Shown: piece after piece, positions 10,901-25,900 of the stretch
How the letters are laid out: the number at the start of each line of letters is the position of its first letter
Numbering within the stretch: the stretch's first letter is position 1
From: the human T2T-CHM13v2.0 reference genome, Homo sapiens
Length of the DNA: 64,000 bases
Strand: one strand, 5' to 3'
NCBI RefSeq assembly: GCF_009914755.1
Contig: NC_060942.1
The notes under the pieces: model-generated
Seen by the model: the letters and a program-made list of their open reading frames with translations, nothing else
What the model was told of the DNA's origin: nothing
Database searches by the model: none
Made by a program: the position numbers and the translations under genes

Positions 10901-13900
10901 TGGAAGTGGACATTTGGAGCGCTTTCAGGCCTATGTTGGAAAAGGAAATATCTTCCCATAACAACTAGACAGAAGCATTCTCAGAAACTTATTTGAGATG
11001 TGTGTACTCAACTAAGAGAATTGAACCACCGTTTTGAAGGAGCAGTTTTGAAACTCTCTTTTTCTGGAATCTGCAAGTGGATATTTGGCTAGCTTTGGGG
11101 ATTTCGCTGGAAGCGGGAATACATATAAAAAGCACACAGCAGCGTTCTGAGAAACTGCTTTCTGATGTTTGCATTCAAGTCAAAAGTTGAACACTCCCTT
11201 TCATAGAGCAGTCCTGAAACACCCCTTTGGTAGTATCTGGAACTGGACTTTTGGAGCGATTTCAGGGCTAAGGTGAAAAAGGAAATATCTTCCCATAAAA
11301 ACTGGACAGAAGCATTCTCAGAAACTTGTTTATGCTGTATCTACTCAACTAACAAAGTTGAACCTTTCTTTTGATAGAGCAGTTTTGAAATGGTCTTTTT
11401 GTGGAATCTGCAAGTGGATATTTGGCTAGTTTTGAGGATTTCGTTGGAAGCGGGAATTCATACAAATTGCAGACTGCAGCGTTCTGAGAAACATCTTTGT
11501 GATGTTTGTATTCAGGACACAGAGTTGAACATTCCCTATCATAGAGCAGGTTGGAATCACTCCTTTTGTAGTATCTGGAAGTGGACATTTGGAGCGCTTT
11601 CAGGCCTATTTTGGAAAGGGAAATATCTTCCCGTAACAACTATGCAGAAGCATTCTCAGAAACTTGTTTGTGATGTGTGCCCTCTACTGACAGAGTTGAA
11701 CCTTTCTTTTCATAGAGCAGTTTTGAAACACTCTTTTTGTAGAATCTGCAAGAGGATATTTGCATAGCTTTGAGGATTTCGTGGGAAACGGGATTGTCTT
11801 CAGGTAAAATCTAGACAGAAGCATTCTCAGAAACTTCTTTGGGATGTTTGCATTCAAGTCACAGAGTAGAACATTCCCTTTGGTAGAGCAGGTTTGAAAC
11901 ACTCTTTTTGTAGTATCTGGAAGTGGACATTTGGAGCGCTTTCAGGCCCATGTTGGAAAGGGAAATATCTTCCCGTAACAACTAGGCAGAAGCATTCTCA
12001 GAAACTTATTTGAGATGTGTGTACTCAACTAAGAGAATTGAACCACCGTTTTGAAGGAGCAGTTTTGAAACACTCTTTTTCTGGAATCTGCAAGAGTATA
12101 TTTGCCTAGCCTTGAGGATTTCGTTGGAAACGGGATTGTCTTCAGAGAAAATCTAGACAGAAGCATTCTCAGAAACTTCTTTGGGATGCTTGCATTCAAG
12201 TCACAGAGTAGAACATTCCCTTTGGTAGAGCAGGTTTGAAACACTCTTTTTTTAGTATCTGGAAGTGGACATTTGGAGCGCTTTCAGGCCTACGTTGGAA
12301 AAGGAAATATCTTCCCATAACAACTAGACAGAAGCATTCTCAGAAACTAGTTTCTGATGTGTGTCCTCAACTAACACAGTTGAACATTTCTTTAGACAGA
12401 ACAGTTTTGAAACACTCTTTTTGTGGAATCTGCAAGTGGCTATTTGGCTAGATTTGAGGATTTCGTTGGAAACGGGATTACATATAAAAAGCAGTCAGCG
12501 GCATTCTCAGAAAGTTCTTTGTGATGATTGCATTCAAGTCACAGAATTGAACATTCCCTTTCACAGAGCAGGTTTGAAACACTCTTTTTGTAGTGTGTGT
12601 AAGTGGACATTTGGAGCACTTACCGGCCTAAGGTGAAAAAGGAAATAATCTTCCCATAAAAACTAGACAGAAGCATTCTCAGAAACTTACTCGTGATGTG
12701 TGTCCTCAACTAAAGGAGTAGAACCTTTCTTTTCATAGAGAAGTTTTGAAACGCTCTTTTTGTGGAATCTGCAAGTGGATATTTGGCTAGTTTTGAGGAT
12801 TTCGTTGGAAGCGGGAATTCATACAAATTGCAGACTGCAGCGTTCTGAGAAACATCTTTGTGATGTTTGTATTCAGGACACAGAGTTGAACATTCCCTAT
12901 CATAGAGCAGGTTGGAATCACTCCTTTTGTAGTATCTGGAAGTGGACATTTGGAGCGCTTTCAGGCCTATGTTGGAAAAGGAAATATCTTCCCATAACAA
13001 CTAGACAGAAGCATTCTCAGAAACTTATTTGAGATGTGTGTACTCAACTAAGAGAATTGAACCACCGTTTTGAAGGAGCAGTTTTGAAACTCTCTTTTTC
13101 TGGAATCTGCAAGTGGATATTTGGCTAGCTTTGGGGATTTCGCTGGAAGCGGGAATACATATAAAAAGCACACAGCAGCGTTCTGAGAAACTGCTTTCTG
13201 ATGTTTGCATTCAAGTCAAAAGTTGAACACTCCCTTTCATAGAGCAGTCCTGAAACACCCCTTTGGTAGTATCTGGAACTGGACTTTTGGAGCGATTTCA
13301 GGGCTAAGGTGAAAAAGGAAATATCTTCCCATAAAAACTGGACAGAAGCATTCTCAGAAACTTGTTTATGCTGTATCTACTCAACTAACAAAGTTGAACC
13401 TTTCTTTTGATAGAGCAGTTTTGAAATGGTCTTTTTGTGGAATCTGCAAGTGGATATTTGGCTAGTTTTGAGGATTTCGTTGGAAGCGGGAATTCATACA
13501 AATTGCAGACTGCAGCGTTCTGAGAAACATCTTTGTGATGTTTGTATTCAGGACACAGAGTTGAACATTCCCTATCATAGAGCAGGTTGGAATCACTCCT
13601 TTTGTAGTATCTGGAAGTGGACATTTGGAGCGCTTTCAGGCCTATTTTGGAAAGGGAAATATCTTCCCGTAACAACTATGCAGAAGCATTCTCAGAAACT
13701 TGTTTGTGATGTGTGCCCTCTACTGACAGAGTTGAACCTTTCTTTTCATAGAGCAGTTTTGAAACACTCTTTTTGTAGAATCTGCAAGAGGATATTTGCA
13801 TAGCTTTGAGGATTTCGTGGGAAACGGGATTGTCTTCAGGTAAAATCTAGACAGAAGCATTCTCAGAAACTTCTTTGGGATGTTTGCATTCAAGTCACAG

Positions 13901-16900
13901 AGTAGAACATTCCCTTTGGTAGAGCAGGTTTGAAACACTCTTTTTGTAGTATCTGGAAGTGGACATTTGGAGCGCTTTCAGGCCCATGTTGGAAAGGGAA
14001 ATATCTTCCCGTAACAACTAGGCAGAAGCATTCTCAGAAACTTATTTGAGATGTGTGTACTCAACTAAGAGAATTGAACCACCGTTTTGAAGGAGCAGTT
14101 TTGAAACACTCTTTTTCTGGAATCTGCAAGAGTATATTTGCCTAGCCTTGAGGATTTCGTTGGAAACGGGATTGTCTTCAGAGAAAATCTAGACAGAAGC
14201 ATTCTCAGAAACTTCTTTGGGATGCTTGCATTCAAGTCACAGAGTAGAACATTCCCTTTGGTAGAGCAGGTTTGAAACACTCTTTTTTTAGTATCTGGAA
14301 GTGGACATTTGGAGCGCTTTCAGGCCTACGTTGGAAAAGGAAATATCTTCCCATAACAACTAGACAGAAGCATTCTCAGAAACTAGTTTCTGATGTGTGT
14401 CCTCAACTAACACAGTTGAACATTTCTTTAGACAGAACAGTTTTGAAACACTCTTTTTGTGGAATCTGCAAGTGGCTATTTGGCTAGATTTGAGGATTTC
14501 GTTGGAAACGGGATTACATATAAAAAGCAGTCAGCGGCATTCTCAGAAAGTTCTTTGTGATGATTGCATTCAAGTCACAGAATTGAACATTCCCTTTCAC
14601 AGAGCAGGTTTGAAACACTCTTTTTGTAGTGTGTGTAAGTGGACATTTGGAGCACTTACCGGCCTAAGGTGAAAAAGGAAATAATCTTCCCATAAAAACT
14701 AGACAGAAGCATTCTCAGAAACTTACTCGTGATGTGTGTCCTCAACTAAAGGAGTAGAACCTTTCTTTTCATAGAGAAGTTTTGAAACGCTCTTTTTGTG
14801 GAATCTGCAAGTGGATATTTGGCTAGTTTTGAGGATTTCGTTGGAAGCGGGAATTCATACAAATTGCAGACTGCAGCGTTCTGAGAAACATCTTTGTGAT
14901 GTTTGTATTCAGGACACAGAGTTGAACATTCCCTATCATAGAGCAGGTTTGAATCACTCCTTTTGTAGTATCTGGAAGTGGACATTTGGAGCGCTTTCAG
15001 GCCTATGTTGGAAAAGGAAATATCTTCCCATAACAACTAGACAGAAGCATTCTCAGAAACTTATTTGAGATGTGTGTACTCAACTAAGAGAATTGAACCA
15101 CCGTTTTGAAGGAGCAGTTTTGAAACTCTCTTTTTCTGGAATCTGCAAGTGGATATTTGGCTAGCTTTGGGGATTTCGCTGGAAGCGGGAATACATATAA
15201 AAAGCACACAGCAGCGTTCTGAGAAACTGCTTTCTGATGTTTGCATTCAAGTCAAAAGTTGAACACTCCCTTTCATAGAGCAGTCCTGAAACACCCCTTT
15301 GGTAGTATCTGGAACTGGACTTTTGGAGCGATTTCAGGGCTAAGGTGAAAAAGGAAATATCTTCCCATAAAAACTGGACAGAAGCATTCTCAGAAACTTG
15401 TTTATGCTGTATCTACTCAACTAACAAAGTTGAACCTTTCTTTTGATAGAGCAGTTTTGAAATGGTCTTTTTGTGGAATCTGCAAGTGGATATTTGGCTA
15501 GTTTTGAGGATTTCGTTGGAAGCGGGAATTCATACAAATTGCAGACTGCAGCGTTCTGAGAAACATCTTTGTGATGTTTGTATTCAGGACACAGAGTTGA
15601 ACATTCCCTATCATAGAGCAGGTTGGAATCACTCCTTTTGTAGTATCTGGAAGTGGACATTTGGAGCGCTTTCAGGCCTATTTTGGAAAGGGAAATATCT
15701 TCCCGTAACAACTATGCAGAAGCATTCTCAGAAACTTGTTTGTGATGTGTGCCCTCTACTGACAGAGTTGAACCTTTCTTTTCATAGAGCAGTTTTGAAA
15801 CACTCTTTTTGTAGAATCTGCAAGAGGATATTTGCATAGCTTTGAGGATTTCGTGGGAAACGGGATTGTCTTCAGGTAAAATCTAGACAGAAGCATTCTC
15901 AGAAACTTCTTTGGGATGTTTGCATTCAAGTCACAGAGTAGAACATTCCCTTTGGTAGAGCAGGTTTGAAACACTCTTTTTGTAGTATCTGGAAGTGGAC
16001 ATTTGGAGCGCTTTCAGGCCCATGTTGGAAAGGGAAATATCTTCCCGTAACAACTAGGCAGAAGCATTCTCAGAAACTTATTTGAGATGTGTGTACTCAA
16101 CTAAGAGAATTGAACCACCGTTTTGAAGGAGCAGTTTTGAAACACTCTTTTTCTGGAATCTGCAAGAGTATATTTGCCTAGCCTTGAGGATTTCGTTGGA
16201 AACGGGATTGTCTTCAGAGAAAATCTAGACAGAAGCATTCTCAGAAACTTCTTTGGGATGCTTGCATTCAAGTCACAGAGTAGAACATTCCCTTTGGTAG
16301 AGCAGGTTTGAAACACTCTTTTTGTAGTATCTGGAAGTGGACATTTGGAGCGCTTTCAGGCCTACGTTGGAAAAGGAAATATCTTCCCATAACAACTAGA
16401 CAGAAGCATTCTCAGAAACTAGTTTCTGATGTGTGTCCTCAACTAACACAGTTGAACATTTCTTTAGACAGAACAGTTTTGAAACACTCTTTTTGTGGAA
16501 TCTGCAAGTGGCTATTTGGCTAGATTTGAGGATTTCGTTGGAAACGGGATTACATATAAAAAGCAGTCAGCGGCATTCTCAGAAAGTTCTTTGTGATGAT
16601 TGCATTCAAGTCACAGAATTGAACATTCCCTTTCACAGAGCAGGTTTGAAACACTCTTTTTGTAGTGTGTGTAAGTGGACATTTGGAGCACTTACCGGCC
16701 TAAGGTGAAAAAGGAAATAATCTTCCCATAAAAACTAGACAGAAGCATTCTCAGAAACTTACTCGTGATGTGTGTCCTCAACTAAAGGAGTAGAACCTTT
16801 CTTTTCATAGAGAAGTTTTGAAACGCTCTTTTTGTGGAATCTGCAAGTGGATATTTGGCTAGTTTTGAGGATTTCGTTGGAAGCGGGAATTCATACAAAT

Positions 16901-19900
16901 TGCAGACTGCAGCGTTCTGAGAAACATCTTTGTGATGTTTGTATTCAGGACACAGAGTTGAACATTCCCTATCATAGAGCAGGTTTGAATCACTCCTTTT
17001 GTAGTATCTGGAAGTGGACATTTGGAGCGCTTTCAGGCCTATGTTGGAAAAGGAAATATCTTCCCATAACAACTAGACAGAAGCATTCTCAGAAACTTAT
17101 TTGAGATGTGTGTACTCAACTAAGAGAATTGAACCACCGTTTTGAAGGAGCAGTTTTGAAACTCTCTTTTTCTGGAATCTGCAAGTGGATATTTGGCTAG
17201 CTTTGGGGATTTCGCTGGAAGCGGGAATACATATAAAAAGCACACAGCAGCGTTCTGAGAAACTGCTTTCTGATGTTTGCATTCAAGTCAAAAGTTGAAC
17301 ACTCCCTTTCATAGAGCAGTCCTGAAACACCCCTTTGGTAGTATCTGGAACTGGACTTTTGGAGCGATTTCAGGGCTAAGGTGAAAAAGGAAATATCTTC
17401 CCATAAAAACTGGACAGAAGCATTCTCAGAAACTTGTTTATGCTGTATCTACTCAACTAACAAAGTTGAACCTTTCTTTTGATAGAGCAGTTTTGAAATG
17501 GTCTTTTTGTGGAATCTGCAAGTGGATATTTGGCTAGTTTTGAGGATTTCGTTGGAAGCGGGAATTCATACAAATTGCAGACTGCAGCGTTCTGAGAAAC
17601 ATCTTTGTGATGTTTGTATTCAGGACACAGAGTTGAACATTCCCTATCATAGAGCAGGTTGGAATCACTCCTTTTGTAGTATCTGGAAGTGGACATTTGG
17701 AGCGCTTTCAGGCCTATTTTGGAAAGGGAAATATCTTCCCGTAACAACTATGCAGAAGCATTCTCAGAAACTTGTTTGTGATGTGTGCCCTCTACTGACA
17801 GAGTTGAACCTTTCTTTTCATAGAGCAGTTTTGAAACACTCTTTTTGTAGAATCTGCAAGAGGATATTTGCATAGCTTTGAGGATTTCGTGGGAAACGGG
17901 ATTGTCTTCAGGTAAAATCTAGACAGAAGCATTCTCAGAAACTTCTTTGGGATGTTTGCATTCAAGTCACAGAGTAGAACATTCCCTTTGGTAGAGCAGG
18001 TTTGAAACACTCTTTTTGTAGTATCTGGAAGTGGACATTTGGAGCGCTTTCAGGCCCATGTTGGAAAGGGAAATATCTTCCCGTAACAACTAGGCAGAAG
18101 CATTCTCAGAAACTTATTTGAGATGTGTGTACTCAACTAAGAGAATTGAACCACCGTTTTGAAGGAGCAGTTTTGAAACACTCTTTTTCTGGAATCTGCA
18201 AGAGTATATTTGCCTAGCCTTCAGGATTTCGTTGGAAACGGGATTGTCTTCAGAGAAAATCTAGACAGAAGCATTCTCAGAAACTTCTTTGGGATGCTTG
18301 CATTCAAGTCACAGAGTAGAACATTCCCTTTGGTAGAGCAGGTTTGAAACACTCTTTTTTTAGTATCTGGAAGTGGACATTTGGAGCGCTTTCAGGCCTA
18401 CGTTGGAAAAGGAAATATCTTCCCATAACAACTAGACAGAAGCATTCTCAGAAACTAGTTTCTGATGTGTGTCCTCAACTAACACAGTTGAACATTTCTT
18501 TAGACAGAACAGTTTTGAAACACTCTTTTTGTGGAATCTGCAAGTGGCTATTTGGCTAGATTTGAGGATTTCGTTGGAAACGGGATTACATATAAAAAGC
18601 AGTCAGCGGCATTCTCAGAAAGTTCTTTGTGATGATTGCATTCAAGTCACAGAATTGAACATTCCCTTTCACAGAGCAGGTTTGAAACACTCTTTTTGTA
18701 GTGTGTGTAAGTGGACATTTGGAGCACTTACCGGCCTAAGGTGAAAAAGGAAATAATCTTCCCATAAAAACTAGACAGAAGCATTCTCAGAAACTTACTC
18801 GTGATGTGTGTCCTCAACTAAAGGAGTAGAACCTTTCTTTTCATAGAGAAGTTTTGAAACGCTCTTTTTGTGGAATCTGCAAGTGGATATTTGGCTAGTT
18901 TTGAGGATTTCGTTGGAAGCGGGAATTCATACAAATTGCAGACTGCAGCGTTCTGAGAAACATCTTTGTGATGTTTGTATTCAGGACACAGAGTTGAACA
19001 TTCCCTATCATAGAGCAGGTTTGAATCACTCCTTTTGTAGTATCTGGAAGTGGACATTTGGAGCGCTTTCAGGCCTATGTTGGAAAAGGAAATATCTTCC
19101 CATAACAACTAGACAGAAGCATTCTCAGAAACTTATTTGAGATGTGTGTACTCAACTAAGAGAATTGAACCACCGTTTTGAAGGAGCAGTTTTGAAACTC
19201 TCTTTTTCTGGAATCTGCAAGTGGATATTTGGCTAGCTTTGGGGATTTCGCTGGAAGCGGGAATACATATAAAAAGCACACAGCAGCGTTCTGAGAAACT
19301 GCTTTCTGATGTTTGCATTCAAGTCAAAAGTTGAACACTCCCTTTCATAGAGCAGTCCTGAAACACCCCTTTTGTAGTATCTGGAACTGGACTTTTGGAG
19401 CGATTTCAGGGCTAAGGTGAAAAAGGAAATATCTTCCCATAAAAACTGGACAGAAGCATTCTCAGAAACTTGTTTATGCTGTATCTACTCAACTAACAAA
19501 GTTGAACCTTTCTTTTGATAGAGCAGTTTTGAAATGGTCTTTTTGTGGAATCTGCAAGTGGATATTTGGCTAGTTTTGAGGATTTCGTTGGAAGCGGGAA
19601 TTCATACAAATTGCAGACTGCAGCGTTCTGAGAAACATCTTTGTGATGTTTGTATTCAGGACACAGAGTTGAACATTCCCTATCATAGAGCAGGTTGGAA
19701 TCACTCCTTTTGTAGTATCTGGAAGTGGACATTTGGAGCGCTTTCAGGCCTATTTTGGAAAGGGAAATATCTTCCCGTAACAACTATGCAGAAGCATTCT
19801 CAGAAACTTGTTTGTGATGTGTGCCCTCTACTGACAGAGTTGAACCTTTCTTTTCATAGAGCAGTTTTGAAACACTCTTTTTGTAGAATCTGCAAGAGGA

Positions 19901-22900
19901 TATTTGCATAGCTTTGAGGATTTCGTGGGAAACGGGATTGTCTTCAGGTAAAATCTAGACAGAAGCATTCTCAGAAACTTCTTTGGGATGTTTGCATTCA
20001 AGTCACAGAGTAGAACATTCCCTTTGGTAGAGCAGGTTTGAAACACTCTTTTTGTAGTATCTGGAAGTGGACATTTGGAGCGCTTTCAGGCCCATGTTGG
20101 AAAGGGAAATATCTTCCCGTAACAACTAGGCAGAAGCATTCTCAGAAACTTATTTGAGATGTGTGTACTCAACTAAGAGAATTGAACCACCGTTTTGAAG
20201 GAGCAGTTTTGAAACACTCTTTTTCTGGAATCTGCAAGAGTATATTTGCCTAGCCTTGAGGATTTCGTTGGAAACGGGATTGTCTTCAGAGAAAATCTAG
20301 ACAGAAGCATTCTCAGAAACTTCTTTGGGATGCTTGCATTCAAGTCACAGAGTAGAACATTCCCTTTGGTAGAGCAGGTTTGAAACACTCTTTTTGTAGT
20401 ATCTGGAAGTGGACATTTGGAGCGCTTTCAGGCCTACGTTGGAAAAGGAAATATCTTCCCATAACAACTAGACAGAAGCATTCTCAGAAACTAGTTTCTG
20501 ATGTGTGTCCTCAACTAACACAGTTGAACATTTCTTTAGACAGAACAGTTTTGAAACACTCTTTTTGTGGAATCTGCAAGTGGCTATTTGGCTAGATTTG
20601 AGGATTTCGTTGGAAACGGGATTACATATAAAAAGCAGTCAGCGGCATTCTCAGAAAGTTCTTTGTGATGATTGCATTCAAGTCACAGAATTGAACATTC
20701 CCTTTCACAGAGCAGGTTTGAAACACTCTTTTTGTAGTGTGTGTAAGTGGACATTTGGAGCACTTACCGGCCTAAGGTGAAAAAGGAAATAATCTTCCCA
20801 TAAAAACTAGACAGAAGCATTCTCAGAAACTTACTCGTGATGTGTGTCCTCAACTAAAGGAGTAGAACCTTTCTTTTCATAGAGAAGTTTTGAAACGCTC
20901 TTTTTGTGGAATCTGCAAGTGGATATTTGGCTAGTTTTGAGGATTTCGTTGGAAGCGGGAATTCATACAAATTGCAGACTGCAGCGTTCTGAGAAACATC
21001 TTTGTGATGTTTGTATTCAGGACACAGAGTTGAACATTCCCTATCATAGAGCAGGTTTGAATCACTCCTTTTGTAGTATCTGGAAGTGGACATTTGGAGC
21101 GCTTTCAGGCCTATGTTGGAAAAGGAAATATCTTCCCATAACAACTAGACAGAAGCATTCTCAGAAACTTATTTGAGATGTGTGTACTCAACTAAGAGAA
21201 TTGAACCACCGTTTTGAAGGAGCAGTTTTGAAACTCTCTTTTTCTGGAATCTGCAAGTGGATATTTGGCTAGCTTTGGGGATTTCGCTGGAAGCGGGAAT
21301 ACATATAAAAAGCACACAGCAGCGTTCTGAGAAACTGCTTTCTGATGTTTGCATTCAAGTCAAAAGTTGAACACTCCCTTTCATAGAGCAGTCCTGAAAC
21401 ACCCCTTTGGTAGTATCTGGAACTGGACTTTTGGAGCGATTTCAGGGCTAAGGTGAAAAAGGAAATATCTTCCCATAAAAACTGGACAGAAGCATTCTCA
21501 GAAACTTGTTTATGCTGTATCTACTCAACTAACAAAGTTGAACCTTTCTTTTGATAGAGCAGTTTTGAAATGGTCTTTTTGTGGAATCTGCAAGTGGATA
21601 TTTGGCTAGTTTTGAGGATTTCGTTGGAAGCGGGAATTCATACAAATTGCAGACTGCAGCGTTCTGAGAAACATCTTTGTGATGTTTGTATTCAGGACAC
21701 AGAGTTGAACATTCCCTATCATAGAGCAGGTTGGAATCACTCCTTTTGTAGTATCTGGAAGTGGACATTTGGAGCGCTTTCAGGCCTATTTTGGAAAGGG
21801 AAATATCTTCCCGTAACAACTATGCAGAAGCATTCTCAGAAACTTGTTTGTGATGTGTGCCCTCTACTGACAGAGTTGAACCTTTCTTTTCATAGAGCAG
21901 TTTTGAAACACTCTTTTTGTAGAATCTGCAAGAGGATATTTGCATAGCTTTGAGGATTTCGTGGGAAACGGGATTGTCTTCAGGTAAAATCTAGACAGAA
22001 GCATTCTCAGAAACTTCTTTGGGATGTTTGCATTCAAGTCACAGAGTAGAACATTCCCTTTGGTAGAGCAGGTTTGAAACACTCTTTTTGTAGTATCTGG
22101 AAGTGGACATTTGGAGCGCTTTCAGGCCCATGTTGGAAAGGGAAATATCTTCCCGTAACAACTAGGCAGAAGCATTCTCAGAAACTTATTTGAGATGTGT
22201 GTACTCAACTAAGAGAATTGAACCACCGTTTTGAAGGAGCAGTTTTGAAACACTCTTTTTCTGGAATCTGCAAGAGTATATTTGCCTAGCCTTGAGGATT
22301 TCGTTGGAAACGGGATTGTCTTCAGAGAAAATCTAGACAGAAGCATTCTCAGAAACTTCTTTGGGATGCTTGCATTCAAGTCACAGAGTAGAACATTCCC
22401 TTTGGTAGAGCAGGTTTGAAACACTCTTTTTGTAGTATCTGGAAGTGGACATTTGGAGCGCTTTCAGGCCTACGTTGGAAAAGGAAATATCTTCCCATAA
22501 CAACTAGACAGAAGCATTCTCAGAAACTAGTTTCTGATGTGTGTCCTCAACTAACACAGTTGAACATTTCTTTAGACAGAACAGTTTTGAAACACTCTTT
22601 TTGTGGAATCTGCAAGTGGCTATTTGGCTAGATTTGAGGATTTCGTTGGAAACGGGATTACATATAAAAAGCAGTCAGCGGCATTCTCAGAAAGTTCTTT
22701 GTGATGATTGCATTCAAGTCACAGAATTGAACATTCCCTTTCACAGAGCAGGTTTGAAACACTCTTTTTGTAGTGTGTGTAAGTGGACATTTGGAGCACT
22801 TACCGGCCTAAGGTGAAAAAGGAAATAATCTTCCCATAAAAACTAGACAGAAGCATTCTCAGAAACTTACTCGTGATGTGTGTCCTCAACTAAAGGAGTA

Positions 22901-25900
22901 GAACCTTTCTTTTCATAGAGAAGTTTTGAAACGCTCTTTTTGTGGAATCTGCAAGTGGATATTTGGCTAGTTTTGAGGATTTCGTTGGAAGCGGGAATTC
23001 ATACAAATTGCAGACTGCAGCGTTCTGAGAAACATCTTTGTGATGTTTGTATTCAGGACACAGAGTTGAACATTCCCTATCATAGAGCAGGTTGGAATCA
23101 CTCCTTTTGTAGTATCTGGAAGTGGACATTTGGAGCGCTTTCAGGCCTATGTTGGAAAAGGAAATATCTTCCCATAACAACTAGACAGAAGCATTCTCAG
23201 AAACTTATTTGAGATGTGTGTACTCAACTAAGAGAATTGAACCACCGTTTTGAAGGAGCAGTTTTGAAACTCTCTTTTTCTGGAATCTGCAAGTGGATAT
23301 TTGGCTAGCTTTGGGGATTTCGCTGGAAGCGGGAATACATATAAAAAGCACACAGCAGCGTTCTGAGAAACTGCTTTCTGATGTTTGCATTCAAGTCAAA
23401 AGTTGAACACTCCCTTTCATAGAGCAGTCCTGAAACACCCCTTTTGTAGTATCTGGAACTGGACTTTTGGAGCGATTTCAGGGCTAAGGTGAAAAAGGAA
23501 ATATCTTCCCATAAAAACTGGACAGAAGCATTCTCAGAAACTTGTTTATGCTGTATCTACTCAACTAACAAAGTTGAACCTTTCTTTTGATAGAGCAGTT
23601 TTGAAATGGTCTTTTTGTGGAATCTGCAAGTGGATATTTGGCTAGTTTTGAGGATTTCGTTGGAAGCGGGAATTCATACAAATTGCAGACTGCAGCGTTC
23701 TGAGAAACATCTTTGTGATGTTTGTATTCAGGACACAGAGTTGAACATTCCCTATCATAGAGCAGGTTGGAATCACTCCTTTTGTAGTATCTGGAAGTGG
23801 ACATTTGGAGCGCTTTCAGGCCTATTTTGGAAAGGGAAATATCTTCCCGTAACAACTATGCAGAAGCATTCTCAGAAACTTGTTTGTGATGTGTGCCCTC
23901 TACTGACAGAGTTGAACCTTTCTTTTCATAGAGCAGTTTTGAAACACTCTTTTTGTAGAATCTGCAAGAGGATATTTGCATAGCTTTGAGGATTTCGTGG
24001 GAAACGGGATTGTCTTCAGGTAAAATCTAGACAGAAGCATTCTCAGAAACTTCTTTGGGATGTTTGCATTCAAGTCACAGAGTAGAACATTCCCTTTGGT
24101 AGAGCAGGTTTGAAACACTCTTTTTGTAGTATCTGGAAGTGGACATTTGGAGCGCTTTCAGGCCCATGTTGGAAAGGGAAATATCTTCCCGTAACAACTA
24201 GGCAGAAGCATTCTCAGAAACTTATTTGAGATGTGTGTACTCAACTAAGAGAATTGAACCACCGTTTTGAAGGAGCAGTTTTGAAACACTCTTTTTCTGG
24301 AATCTGCAAGAGTATATTTGCCTAGCCTTGAGGATTTCGTTGGAAACGGGATTGTCTTCAGAGAAAATCTAGACAGAAGCATTCTCAGAAACTTCTTTGG
24401 GATGCTTGCATTCAAGTCACAGAGTAGAACATTCCCTTTGGTAGAGCAGGTTTGAAACACTCTTTTTTTAGTATCTGGAAGTGGACATTTGGAGCGCTTT
24501 CAGGCCTACGTTGGAAAAGGAAATATCTTCCCATAACAACTAGACAGAAGCATTCTCAGAAACTAGTTTCTGATGTGTGTCCTCAACTAACACAGTTGAA
24601 CATTTCTTTAGACAGAACAGTTTTGAAACACTCTTTTTGTGGAATCTGCAAGTGGCTATTTGGCTAGATTTGAGGATTTCGTTGGAAACGGGATTACATA
24701 TAAAAAGCAGTCAGCGGCATTCTCAGAAAGTTCTTTGTGATGATTGCATTCAAGTCACAGAATTGAACATTCCCTTTCACAGAGCAGGTTTGAAACACTC
24801 TTTTTGTAGTGTGTGTAAGTGGACATTTGGAGCACTTACCGGCCTAAGGTGAAAAAGGAAATAATCTTCCCATAAAAACTAGACAGAAGCATTCTCAGAA
24901 ACTTACTCGTGATGTGTGTCCTCAACTAAAGGAGTAGAACCTTTCTTTTCATAGAGAAGTTTTGAAACGCTCTTTTTGTGGAATCTGCAAGTGGATATTT
25001 GGCTAGTTTTGAGGATTTCGTTGGAAGCGGGAATTCATACAAATTGCAGACTGCAGCGTTCTGAGAAACATCTTTGTGATGTTTGTATTCAGGACACAGA
25101 GTTGAACATTCCCTATCATAGAGCAGGTTTGAATCACTCCTTTTGTAGTATCTGGAAGTGGACATTTGGAGCGCTTTCAGGCCTATGTTGGAAAAGGAAA
25201 TATCTTCCCATAACAACTAGACAGAAGCATTCTCAGAAACTTATTTGAGATGTGTGTACTCAACTAAGAGAATTGAACCACCGTTTTGAAGGAGCAGTTT
25301 TGAAACTCTCTTTTTCTGGAATCTGCAAGTGGATATTTGGCTAGCTTTGGGGATTTCGCTGGAAGCGGGAATACATATAAAAAGCACACAGCAGCGTTCT
25401 GAGAAACTGCTTTCTGATGTTTGCATTCAAGTCAAAAGTTGAACACTCCCTTTCATAGAGCAGTCCTGAAACACCCCTTTGGTAGTATCTGGAACTGGAC
25501 TTTTGGAGCGATTTCAGGGCTAAGGTGAAAAAGGAAATATCTTCCCATAAAAACTGGACAGAAGCATTCTCAGAAACTTGTTTATGCTGTATCTACTCAA
25601 CTAACAAAGTTGAACCTTTCTTTTGATAGAGCAGTTTTGAAATGGTCTTTTTGTGGAATCTGCAAGTGGATATTTGGCTAGTTTTGAGGATTTCGTTGGA
25701 AGCGGGAATTCATACAAATTGCAGACTGCAGCGTTCTGAGAAACATCTTTGTGATGTTTGTATTCAGGACACAGAGTTGAACATTCCCTATCATAGAGCA
25801 GGTTGGAATCACTCCTTTTGTAGTATCTGGAAGTGGACATTTGGAGCGCTTTCAGGCCTATTTTGGAAAGGGAAATATCTTCCCGTAACAACTATGCAGA

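Noticed and set aside
18137-18352. Missing minus-strand 71-aa ORF in copy 9, suggesting a structural change
   Set aside because: It is explained by a single G>C at 18222 creating a minus-strand stop. HOR length is unchanged and the adjacent CENP-B box (18227-18243) is intact.
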